The notes beneath the pieces are model-generated. The model was not told the origin of the DNA. It saw only the letters and a program-made list of their open reading frames with translations, and did no database searches. Position numbers and translations under genes: made by a program. A DNA stretch of 58,097 nucleotides, the filler included, from Squatina squatina (taxonomy: Eukaryota), in NCBI GenBank assembly GCA_031763465.1. It is 3 parts of 3 records of this genome, joined end to end, with 100 filler letters (N's around TTAATTAATTAA, not from the genome) between each part and the next. Parts side by side here need not be neighbours in the genome. Positions count along the whole stretch, not along the records: positions 1 to 26,613 come from JARFOE010000001.1; 2 more parts are not named here. One strand, 5' to 3'. Below are positions 1-11,307 of this stretch, in pieces; position 1 is the stretch's first letter, and the number at the start of each line of letters is the position of its first letter.

Positions 1-210
1 CCTATAAACAACTCCCACCAATGTTTTCTGCCCCTTGCTGTTTCTTAGCTCCACCCAAACTGATTCTACATCTTGATTTTCGGAGCCAAGATCCTTTCTC
101 TCGACTGTCTTTATTCCATCCATTATTATCAGGGCTACCCCTCCTCCTTTTCCATTTTGCCCATCTCTTCTAAAAGTTAAGTATCCTGGAATATTTAGTT
201 CCCAACATGG
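1..210 (-). mobile_element. CR1-clade LINE ORF2 (endonuclease region) fragment
   Basis: Resembles the endonuclease-coding part of elasmobranch CR1 LINEs in reverse orientation; recognised by eye; truncated by the window start. Confidence 0.55.
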
Positions 211-1374
211 TTTCAGTAAACAGTCATGTCTTATGAATTTGATTCTTTTTTTTTAAAGTCACCACGGTAGTAGATGAGGGAAGCTCAGTCAGCATTGTCT
301 ACTGGGTAGTGATTAGAAGCAGGAACTCTGGATGGTTTCCTCTATGTCCCTAAGTCTTGAGACAGAGGACTACCTAACCATATATTAAAGATCAAATCTG
401 GGAATTCCCTGCTGAGTATGTTATGTTTAACAAATTTGGAGTGAACTGTTGAACTGATGTTCAAATATAATGCAACTCAAAAAATTTTAAACTGGTTATT
501 TTTAATCTACAAATTAAAGATATCTTTTGGCTCAAATACAATTCCAATTCAAACAAAGCATATCTTATCAAACTAATACTTTTATCAGGATTCAACTGCA
601 CCACACATTGCAGAATGTGCTTTACAGGGAGTGAGAAATTTTTTTTTTTTTTTTTAAAAAGAACTAATATTGGAGTACACAGATCGATCAGCATTTGAAA
701 GAGAAAATATAGCTTAAACTTTCACGTGCTAATAAAGATTTTGCACCCAAAACATTGGTCCAGAATGTGCTGTAATAAGTTGGACCATTGTGCTACTAAT
801 ATACAGAGCGTTATGTGACTACAAATCTTTGTGAAATATCACCTGCAACCATACTTGCTGGCATCATGAAAGTTTCAAAGTGGTTTGCTTAATAATTAAT
901 TTTCCACAGAAGTAATGAAGTCTGATATGCATACTATGAGCTATGAACAGATTACAGATCTAAAGCCAGTTAGTACAACAAATCATTTAAGATATTAGAC
1001 AGCATCTCAGATATCAGAGATCAACGGCAGATCCACATAGTATTCCTGCCTGTCACAGTTAACAAAGCGGTTTATCAAGTGAGTGAGAGCATTAGAAGAC
1101 AGAAAACACACATGGTTAGGGCACCTTCCATACTCACCTTAAAAAGCGGAACACGTCCAAAGCTTGCATATGCCCTAGGTAGTTTTGCAGATAGTGTGGA
1201 AACTAATACCAATGAGGAGTTTTATCATCACTGATCAGTACTTTTTGTAGTACACGTGCACACTTGCCTGCAGGCTCACTAAAATCAAAACCATTACTTA
1301 AAATGACAAAAGCAAATTGTGCCAATATTTACTTAAGTCATTAATTACTTCCAAGTTGTTTCATCTGAAACTTA

Positions 1375-1516
<142 letters not shown>

Positions 1517-1643
1517 TATTCTGCTATTTGGCAGTAGCAAAACAAGTGTCAGCTAGTAATCTCAGTTTGTGCTAATCCACTATTTAGTTACCAACATTGA
1601 TAAGCACAGCAAAACATGTTTCTAATGTGCACTACATCATGTA

Positions 1644-1745
1644 CTAACGAAAGGTCATCGACCTGAAATGTTAACTGTTTCTCTCTCCACAGATGCTACT
1701 GAGTATTTCCAGCATTTCCTGTGTTTATTTCAGATTTTCAGCAGT
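1644..1745 (+). mobile_element. Penelope-like element terminal-repeat fragment with a degenerate minimal hammerhead ribozyme motif
   Basis: CTAACGA-A-AGGTC-ATC-GACCT-GAAA-TGTTAACT followed by ctctccacagatgct...gagtatttccagcattt; second copy at 18236-18335. Confidence 0.6.
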
Positions 1746-1775
1746 ATTGTGCCAATAATCTGAATAGTTCATATT

Positions 1776-1867
1776 TAGGACTGAGATGAGGAGAAATTTC
1801 TTCACTCAGAGGGTGGCGAACCTGTGGAGGCCAAGTCATTAAACATATTCAAGGAGATAGATATATT
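1776..1867 (+). mobile_element. CR1 LINE 3' ORF2 fragment
   Basis: aggactgagatgaggagaaatttcttcactcagagggtgg (RTEMRRNFFTQRV), typical CR1 ORF2 C-terminus. Confidence 0.7.
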
Positions 1868-2176
1868 NNNNNNNNNNNNNNNNNNNNNNNNNNNNNNNNN
1901 NNNNNNNNNNNNNNNNNNNNNNNNNNNNNNNNNNNNNNNNNNNNNNNNNNNNNNNNNNNNNNNNNNNTTATGGTTAGGCTGTTGTAATGAAGAATTTGAA
2001 AATATATGCATAAAATTAAAGATTCTTCATGGAAGCTATTTGCATTAACAATAAACAACTCATGAATACTCAATACAGATGTCAGATTACTCCACGAGAT
2101 GAAAAATGCACTAGATGGGTTATAAAACTGTATCTGCCCATCACTCAAAATAACAGTGTTAAATATAAATTCCTCA

Positions 2177-2425
<249 letters not shown>

Positions 2426-5029
2426 TCAAAGAAAATGCACAAGTCCACTATGAATGTTTATCAGCATAGAGCAGAATCTCTACAGATCACTAAATAAAAC
2501 AAGGTTAATCTATGCAGTTTACTTTCATAACATGACAAGTTACCTACATTTTTAATGATCTTGCTTTACCCTGCCATCATATTTATAGTGATTATTAGAA
2601 TTTGCATCTTGTGACAAAGTTAAAGAAATCAGGAATTTGCAAGTCTTAAAAATAAAATTATAGAAGATCTACTAATTGAATTGCAATAAACATACGACTA
2701 GCTTGTCAGTGTCATGTAAACATGAATCAAAATTCATTGAACTACATTGATATTACTTTGACACAGGTTACACTTATACTTCTGTCTGTACAAAGTGGTT
2801 TAATGCACACCAGAAAAACTGGAACTTTTTGGGGCAAGTTGTTTTACAGTTCAGTTTGAATCAGTAAAAGCATTTCGTAGATTATAGTACATTCTATGTC
2901 CAGATCAGAACTATATGTTGATCAAATGCTGTTCGTGTTTTGTAATGGAGTTAATTGTAGCTTAACAACTTGATCTGTAATTGACCTATTTAAAACGGAC
3001 AACTGGAAGAATAAGTAAACATAACTTCTGAAATTACAATGACTTAAAGCAGAGTTCCTTTTTGATCAGGAAGTTGGGTAATATATAAAGTGCTTACGAA
3101 TAAATTTCCTACATTATTTTACTCCATAATCTTGGGAAGTGAATTAGGTTGTAACAAATTTATGCGATAGAATACAGCAATGTACACAAAATACTCCGCA
3201 ATCCAGAAAAAATGGCAATAGCATTTCTAGAGCAATTAATGTGTTGTGGACATGTTATCCTGCTGGACTGTGCAAAATTCAGTAGTCAATTGATAGAACA
3301 AGACACAGTTGTACGNNNNNNNNNNNNNNNNNNNNNNNNNNNNNNNNNNNNNNNNNNNNNNNNNNNNNNNNNNNNNNNNNNNNNNNNNNNNNNNNNNNNN
3401 NNNNNNNNNNNNNNNNNNNNNNNNNNNNNNNNNNNNNNNNNNNNNNNNNNNNNNNNNNNNNNNNNNNNNNNNNNNNNNNNNNNNNNNNNNNNNNNNNNNN
3501 NNNNNNNNNNNNNNNNNNNNNNNNNNNNNNNNNNNNNNNNNNNNNNNNNNNNNNNNNNNNNNNNNNNNNNNNNNNNNNNNNNNNNNNNNNNNNNNNNNNN
3601 NNNNNNNNNNNNNNNNNNNNNNNNNNNNNNNNNNNNNNNNNNNNNNNNNNNNNNNNNNNNNNNNNNNNNNNNNNNNNNNNNNNNNNNNNNNNNNNNNNNN
3701 NNNNNNNNNNNNNNNNNNNNNNNNNNNNNNNNNNNNNNNNNNNNNNNNNNNNNNNNNNNNNNNNNNNNNNNNNNNNNNNNNNNNNNNNNNNNNNNNNNNN
3801 NNNNNNNNNNNNNNNNNNNNNNNNNNNNNNNNNNNNNNNNNNNNNNNNNNNNNNNNNNNNNNNNNNNNNNNNNNNNNNNNNNNNNNNNNNNNNNNNNNNN
3901 NNNNNNNNNNNNNNNNNNNNNNNNNNNNNNNNNNNNNNNNNNNNNNNNNNNNNNNNNNNNNNNNNNNNNNNNNNNNNNNNNNNNNNNNNNNNNNNNNNNN
4001 NNNNNNNNNNNNNNNNNNNNNNNNNNNNNNNNNNNNNNNNNNNNNNNNNNNNNNNNNNNNNNNNNNNNNNNNNNNNNNNNNNNNNNNNNNNNNNNNNNNN
4101 NNNNNNNNNNNNNNNNNNNNNNNNATTTACAGTTCCTGAGCGCAAAGTCTGCAATCTGCCAGGTCACACACAGTTTGCCTTGGGCCACACAATTTTACTA
4201 CCGTACAGCTTTGCAATAATTCTTATGTTAAATGACAGCAATTATTACTATCCAGAAAGGTCCGAAAATGAGATGGCATTCTCTCCCAATTTCCTTTCCC
4301 AAGCCTGTTCCTTTTATTACTATATTTCAATACAAGAATTAGAGCACCAATTAAAAAAACTAATTGAAATGACTTGTTAAAACAAGGAGTATTAAAAACA
4401 GACAATGCGCATGAAAAGCCATGCTGTAACAGTAGATATTGCATAACAGCTAAAATATACAATCCATTAACCTCATAATAGCAGCAGCCATCTTGGATCT
4501 GTTACATTGCAACTGAAATCTGAGGAGCCAAACTGCACATTAATTAAGATGCATGCTTCACACCATTATGATTGTAGGTTTGTCTTTGTGGTAGCTGCAC
4601 AAAACTTGCATCAAAATTCTCAAAATATAAACAGGCTGTTCCTATTAAGATCATTTGTAACAACTTAACATAACAGATGACTTGATCCAAATTGGGTCCT
4701 TAAATTCAAATCCAGCTTGGGAGCAGGTACATTTTAGTAACTTATTTGTTGGATATAATTACTTGGTAGACAAATACTAAGTAAACACGCCTATAAGCGC
4801 AGATCATTTTAAAACTTTTCTGCCTGAAGTAATGCAAGTCTTGGATTCCATTCTCCGACTGCTTCATTCAGATATGCTCCAGTCTTCCATTCCAACTGGT
4901 GTAATTGGTTAACATGGACAACTCCTTATNNNNNNNNNNNNNNNNNNNNNNNNNNNNNNNNNNNNNNNNNNNNNNNNNNNNNNNNNNNNNNNNNNNNNNN
5001 NNNNNNNNNNNNNNNNNNNNNNNNNNNNN

Positions 5030-6028
5030 CAGTTTTATAAATTATATTATTCAAAAGGTAGTGACGGTTGCTTATTTTGCTTAAAATACAGAAGTCCTAC
5101 TGGTTAACCCCGAACAGATTACTACTTCAGTCTCAAATGTATATATTTTACTCGGCTTATCGGTGTGGAAACCGTTACTATCCATCACAGATTTTATTTA
5201 AAAGATCGTACCAAATGGTTTGGAATGCTTTAAAGATATTCGATGCAAAATGTAAATATTTGCATAAAAACACTCTTTGCAGCGTTGTTTGACGGATACA
5301 TTTGCACTTGGATGTGTTTTGTACTGGTATACTAATACAAACGTGTGTGAAGGTTCGTTTGTGGAAATCGCCCAATTTTCTATTTTCTAAACATCGCCAA
5401 CTTCAGATTATTGAAGTGCTTATTCAAAAGACTCACTGGAGAAGATTGTTTCCGAATATAAAAAGAGATTCAAAAATTCTCTGATATATGACAAGGTCGA
5501 CCAAATTCCTTTTGAGACTGAATCTCTGAAGATACAATTTTTTTCATTCAAATATCAATTTTTGAATCTCTGGTTCCAATGTAAGAGTAGCATCCTTGAT
5601 GCTTGTTTGCGAAAATGGTGCTGTTGCACGCAGCATATGGCTACAGCGTGTTTCTTTTATATATATATATGTAAATATCAACCAAATCAACACTCATGCA
5701 GCAGAGCATGAAACCAAAAACTCTACCTCATATAAAAAGGATTATTTTGGGCGAAATGATCCTATTGAGACTCTAGAAAGGAGCTGACATATTCAAAAAG
5801 TTACAACAGGCTATCGTTTTTGCAACTTTAAATTCATTATATTGATGCTGGTCTCTCAATTTAAACGCCGTTTAATGAGAAGTATGTTTGTTTCAAAGGA
5901 CAGTAATATCATAGTTTATATTATACAGCAACTGCTAGCAAGCGTGAACCGCGTGGAGTGCGGGCCGGGCGACAGGGAAAGGGAATGTATGGGGTCTTTA
6001 GTGTTGCACTCTGCAAACAGGTCGCGGT
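5030..6028 (-). other. SFRP2: Probable SFRP2 3'UTR (3' end not defined)
   Basis: Unique AT-rich sequence directly downstream of the SFRP2 stop codon, running to a gap; poly(A) site not identified. Confidence 0.55.
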
Positions 6029-6333
6029 TCAACACTGCAGTTTGCGGATGCTGCGAGCAATTCTCTTAAACTCTCGCTGCCCTTTCTGCCATCTCTTCAC
6101 CGAGGTTATGACCAGGTTCCCATCGAGCTTTTGTCCCATCACCAAGTAAGGGGCATTGATGTCGTTCATCTCGTCGCAGGTACACTGCAGGCCATCCTTC
6201 AGCCACAATACACTTTTCTTCAGATCCTTCTCGGTCACCCCATTCAGCTTGTAAATAGTCTTGCTTTTTGTCTCGGGAACGATCTTTGTGTCCCCATTGA
6301 TGTAGGAAATCTCTTTCACTTTTATCTTCAAAG
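6029..6333 (-). CDS. SFRP2: Secreted frizzled-related protein 2, last coding exon (netrin/NTR domain)
   Basis: Acceptor cctaattag then (A)LKIKVKEISYINGDTKIVPETKSKTIYKLNGV...FKRIARSIRKLQC-stop; C-terminus essentially identical to vertebrate SFRP2. Confidence 0.97.
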
Positions 6334-7265
6334 CTAATTAGGAAAGGATTAAAATATGACATGTTAACGCGTCTGGTGGTGGAGGGGTGGCGGTGTTGCC
6401 ACGGGTAATCCACATGAAACTGTCAAGATGACAAGACTGATAAATGTGGGGAACAGGTGGCTTCGTTTGCAGCACTGGGGCCAGTAATGTGAAACCGAAT
6501 AAAAGAGAGAACAGTTCTTACAGTCCGTGGTGGAATGTGCAGAACTCCAGTCTTCATAATCAGAAAATTATTTGTAACAAAACGCATATGCTACTGGGTG
6601 CTGGGAGAAGGCGCCTTCCCACCGCCCCAGCTCTCCCTTCCTTACCAATCCCTAACGACCCAGAGCACGAGGCGTCAAACTGCAGCGCCAAGAACTGCGC
6701 CAACGTTTCAAACCTCATAACCCGAGAGCTCGTCAGCAGCTGGTAACATTTGGTATGTATTTCATCAGAACTGTGAATCAATAAAACACAGGCTCTCGCT
6801 TGTAAAACAAGCCAGCCACTCGACTGCGAGCATTTTACCAGTGCCCCATTTTCTCAAGCCACCTTCCTCATCGGTGTCATGTATTCAGGACTTCAATTGT
6901 TACCTGGCTAAAGGCGAAATCCTGTACCTCGGTTTCTTGGACCTACTGAGTTAGGTTTGTCAGTATCGCCAGTTGGACTATTTCTCTCCCCTGGGTAATT
7001 AAGAGAGGATTGTGTGGAGAGGAACATTGCACTTTATGTTGGACGTTTGATTAAATTAAACCACAGGGATTCTTTTTAAAGGCAATGTTGAAACAGCGTT
7101 TGGTAAAATCACACTCCTGTTATTGGAACTGTAAGAAAACAGCCAGGCAGCACGAAAGCACACAGGGTTCGATTTATAGCTGCCCCGCCAGTTACAACAA
7201 GCCGCCAATATTAATGAGTTTGTTCTTTCCCCGTCCGTGAAGCTTTTGGGAAAACCGCAACTTAC

Positions 7266-7346
7266 CAAAATCATTTTTGCAGTAGTTCTCGACAATTTCG
7301 TTGTCGTTTTGCTCTCTGTCTTTGCATGCGTCGCAAATTTTTGGTT
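7266..7346 (-). CDS. SFRP2: SFRP2 exon 2
   Basis: 81-nt phase-1/phase-1 exon between tttttcag and gtaagt; (E)PKICDACKDREQNDNEIVENYCKNDF matches SFRP2 PKVCEACK...CKNDF and joins exon 3 in frame. Confidence 0.95.
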
Positions 7347-8647
7347 CTGAAAAATAGTGCACATGGATCGATGAATGATTTTTGTACTCGCAGACTGTAA
7401 CGTTTTATCTTGTACTTTAATTCTGGGTATGGTCCCAGCGCAGGCAAGATTTAATTATTACAGCCTGGACTTTCCACCTTCTTTATAGCTTCCAGATTTT
7501 CTGCGGGTTTTGCTATTTTTATGAAGTGAACTATTTTTTATGAAGTATTTAAATACCTCCGGTGACCATTACCCTCCCGGAATATGCTTATAAGAAATTA
7601 TCCTCACCGGGAAGATTGCGCAGCGCATTAACGAGCAATGAAAGGCCAAGCTTCGGCTCTTTGCACTGATTCCGAGTCTGAGGTACTGGGACACTATCCC
7701 TCACTATAAACTACGCGTTTGCCCCAGATGGGATGCGAATAAAGACAATACTAAATTAAATGGACTGTGGATGTCCTTTAAAACAAACGATAAAAAGCGA
7801 AGAGCTCCTCCTATTCGCTCGCAAGTGCTCAAAAGGTCTTCACAATTTAAATGGATGCGCGGTTGGGTCCAGACTGCCCACTGTGACGCTTTGTAAGGCG
7901 TAGTCACAGGCAAAGCTCCTACATTTGCATTCGCCGATTGCTTTTAAATGCATTGCTTTGTTTTCCCCTTTAAAACACCCAAGCATTGATTTTAAAATCA
8001 AGGTGTTGCTTAACCGAGGTAGGTCAGCGAGCATAGGGGTGATGGGTGGGTGGGACTTGGTGCAAGTTAGGATATGGGCAGCGGATTGATGCTCAGTGTG
8101 GCTCAGCCTCATGGTGAGTGAATTAAAAATGCATTCTGAGACAGAAGCAGTCAATTTGTTAATTAGTAACTGCACTCCACTGATACTCTCTTGGGCATGC
8201 TGGTGTACAGAAAACTCCAGTCAGTGTCTGCATGATTTGGACTTCATACACCAAGGGAGTACTGCTGCCAACTTCATTGACCACAAGAAGAGAATTCTTC
8301 TGCAGTGCATTAGTAAATTGTTGACTAAGTCAGCTCTAAAGAAGGATTAGTAAAGAAAGAAATAATTTCTCAAAGCTAGCTTTGAGATATACAAGTTGGA
8401 GAAAAAGGCATTTGGAAGCTTAAGAATAGAGCATACTTACTAATGTATCAACATGCTTGCCAAAGCTAGTGAACCTGGAAATGGTGTGATGAGATAAGTT
8501 TGGCNNNNNNNNNNNNNNNNNNNNNNNNNNNNNNNNNNNNNNNNNNNNNNNNNNNNNNNNNNNNNNNNNNNNNNNNNNNNNNNNNNNNNNNNNNNNNNNN
8601 NNNNAATCACCTTAAATAATTGGCTTTAATAACATGGCATAAAACAA

Positions 8648-8990
8648 TGGGCCTGAAATTGCAATCTCCCCGATGTTCCCACGCACCCGGGGAGACATCG
8701 CAACTGCCGGGTCTGTGGCTGCAATGCGTAAGCCTGCAGAACCGACATTTGCAATCTGTCAAGAATAATCTTGATCCAACGCTAAGGCTGGAAAACAGGT
8801 TTCCAACGCCGAGCTTTGTGAGATTTTTGCAAAACTTGCACTGGAAATCTGTTAAAGTTTTTTACGCATGGCAAAACCTAGCGTATATGCTTTGCTTTAC
8901 CAGTGTAAGAGTTGTTAAAAAAATTTAAATCAAAAAAATTAATAGTACATTACTTTAAAACCATTCCCAGTATAGTAAGTATGATCTTAA
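8648..8990 (+). mobile_element. Non-autonomous DNA transposon end (Harbinger-like), related to 9719-10190
   Basis: Begins gggcctgaaattgc; shares blocks (gcaatctgtcaaga, tttttacgcatggcaaaac, tttaccag) with 10025-10190. Confidence 0.5.
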
Positions 8991-9718
8991 ACATTTTAAC
9001 AGATTTTCTTTTCAATTTCAATGTTTTTTTTGTCTTGTATGGTCCTGTTGCATTTCAAGATGTGATACAAGAAGAATGTAATCCATTGTAACTTCAGTAT
9101 GCACAACCAAGCTGCAAATATTTTGAGGCAGTTGGAAGAATGAAAGAAACTAGATCAAAACAATTCATAATATATCAAAAAATGCATGTTAGACACGCAA
9201 ATCCATCAACTCCAACGCCATTAGGATGGTTTTGTTTCTGTTTCCCCAAAAAGTCTCACCAGAGAGAAACAAAGAAAACTTAACCTCACTGAGCAAAGCT
9301 TGACATTTTTGAAAATGAGGTAATCAAGTACTTTGAAGAACACTTTAACAAGGAGTGAAATAAATTAACTCCCAGCTAGAAGAGCCATATTTGGAAGCTT
9401 TATGCCCAAATTGCTTACTGGTCTCATTGTCCAGGCTCACACAATGGGAAATGGTCTCTTGGATGAGGTGCTGGATGGCATAGCACGGGGAGGAGAGAAG
9501 GGGAGAAAATAAAACATAAAACAAATGAACAAGTATATGGTTGGGAATGGGATTCAAGCTCATCGGAGATCAGTGTGGACAGTTAGACAAATATTCCACA
9601 GAACACAATGTCCTAGAAATTCAATCACGCCTAAAATGGAAAAATGGGCATGCGTCTTTTCACGTGGTTCCAGGGACTATGTCAAATTGGTGCTGGGACC
9701 TCATTACCTCATTATAAT

Positions 9719-10190
9719 GGCCCTGAATTTGCGAGCTCCAGGACTATGTATGAAGTGCGCACACGCCCGTGGAGGCCTCACAACTGCCGGGGGTATNNNN
9801 NNNNNNATGTGCTCTCCCCCCCCACTCAAACTTATTAGCATATCGCCGAATGTGAAATCTGGCATGAAACAGTGTAATCAGGCAGTGTTTTAAAACGTAA
9901 TCTTGAAAAAAATATTGGCCCCGAATTTGCAACCTCGAGGACTGTGTACCATGTGCGCACGCGCCCTTGGAGGCCTCATAACTGTTGGGGGTATCCATGC
10001 GAAGCACATGCACCTACACCCGGCAGTTGCGATCTGTCAAGAGTTGACTTGACAGATCCAGCACCTGGACAAGAAAAGAGATTTCCTGGGTGGAGAGTTG
10101 TGCTATTTGCTCAACTCTCGACAATAAAAATCTCTTCAAATTTTTATGCATGGTAAAAGCAAGCGTACAGGCTTGGTTTTACCAGCATAA
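9719..10190 (+). mobile_element. Two adjacent copies of a DNA-transposon terminus
   Basis: 9719-9796 and 9917-9994 are diverged direct copies (ggccc[tc]gaatttgc...ggaggcctca[ct]aactg...gggggtat). Confidence 0.55.
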
Positions 10191-10859
10191 NNNNNNNNNN
10201 NNNNNNNNNNNNNNNNNNNNNNNNNNNNNNNNNNNNNNNNNNNNNNNNNNNNNNNNNNNNNNNNNNNNNNNNNNNNNNNNNNNNNNNNNNGTGAAATGAA
10301 TTGGGCAGTCGCAATGCAGTTCCCAGTGGATGTGAGTCTACAGTACAAAACTGGCTATAATTCAGCACTAATTGGCACTATTTCAACAATGAGTCTTTCT
10401 TCTCTATAGTGTATGGTTTTACATTAATTGTTTCCGTTCATCGGATGTTAGTAAGTCAGGGGATTCAAAAAGGTAAAACTCAATAACCTTTTGTAACCCA
10501 TTTAAAAAAAAAATAACCTGCAAACCTTAAAAACATTTTTTAAGTAATGCAACCATCAGCAGCAGATGATGTACATCAATGTTTGCTCCCTGGGCAACTG
10601 TCACAAAGCCTTCATCTTAAGGGAGTGCATGACCCCATCAATATTTGACCCACAAATATAAGTCCCAAGGTGGCTCCCGGCCAATTAAAGCTATCCTCTG
10701 CAGCCATGGCTCCTGACTCGGGCCTGGAATTCCCTGTGGTGGCACAACCCTGAGAGTTGCATCCAAAATTATGCAGATTGTTGCACCCTCTGTCAAGTTA
10801 TGCTAATCCCTGAGCATGTGCCCAAACATAAAATGGGAGAAAATCAATGTAAATGGCCA

Positions 10860-10953
10860 ACATAGAAACATAGAAACATAGAAAAATAGGTGCATGAGTA
10901 GGCCATTCGGCCCTTCGAGCCTGCACAGACATTCAATATGATCATGGCTGATC
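10860..10953 (-). mobile_element. CR1 LINE 3' end with (CATAGAAA)n tail
   Basis: catagaaacatagaaacatagaaa...ggccattcggcccttcgagcctgcac...atgatcatggctgatc; same family at 37107-37315. Confidence 0.8.
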
Positions 10954-11054
10954 NNNNNNNNNNNNNNNNNNNNNNNNNNNNNNNNNNNNNNNNNNNNNNN
11001 NNNNNNNNNNNNNNNNNNNNNNNNNNNNNNNNNNNNNNNNNNNNNNNNNNNNNA

Positions 11055-11307
11055 TGTAAAAAATCCCATGGCAGTATTTGAAGAAGAGCAGCGGAGCTCC
11101 CCTGCTATTGTGATCAATATCCTTCAACTAACATCACTAAACCTGATTTTCTGGTCATTATCTTGTTGCTGTTTGTGGGACCTTTCTGTGCACAATTTCC
11201 TACATTACAACAGTAGCTACATTTCATGAGTACTTCCCTGGCTGCAATGCACTTTGGGATGTCCTTAGGCTGTGAAAGATGCTATATAAATGCAAGATCT
11301 TTCTTTC
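11055..11307 (+). mobile_element. DeuSINE (SacSINE1-like) 3' half
   Basis: aatcccatggca..gaagaagagcag Deu-domain motif and tail gctatataaatgcaag; repeated many times in the window. Confidence 0.75.

Noticed and set aside
3212-4219. Long ORFs spanning N runs (also 20002-21024, 45740-46086 and others)
   Set aside because: Their length comes from X residues; the flanks have no protein similarity, apart from the Harbinger fragment in a different frame
9345-9563. ORF containing QETISHCVSL as possible SFRP2 exon 1 (Frizzled cysteine-rich domain)
   Set aside because: Lacks the ten-cysteine pattern and other SFRP2 residues; the true exon would be highly conserved
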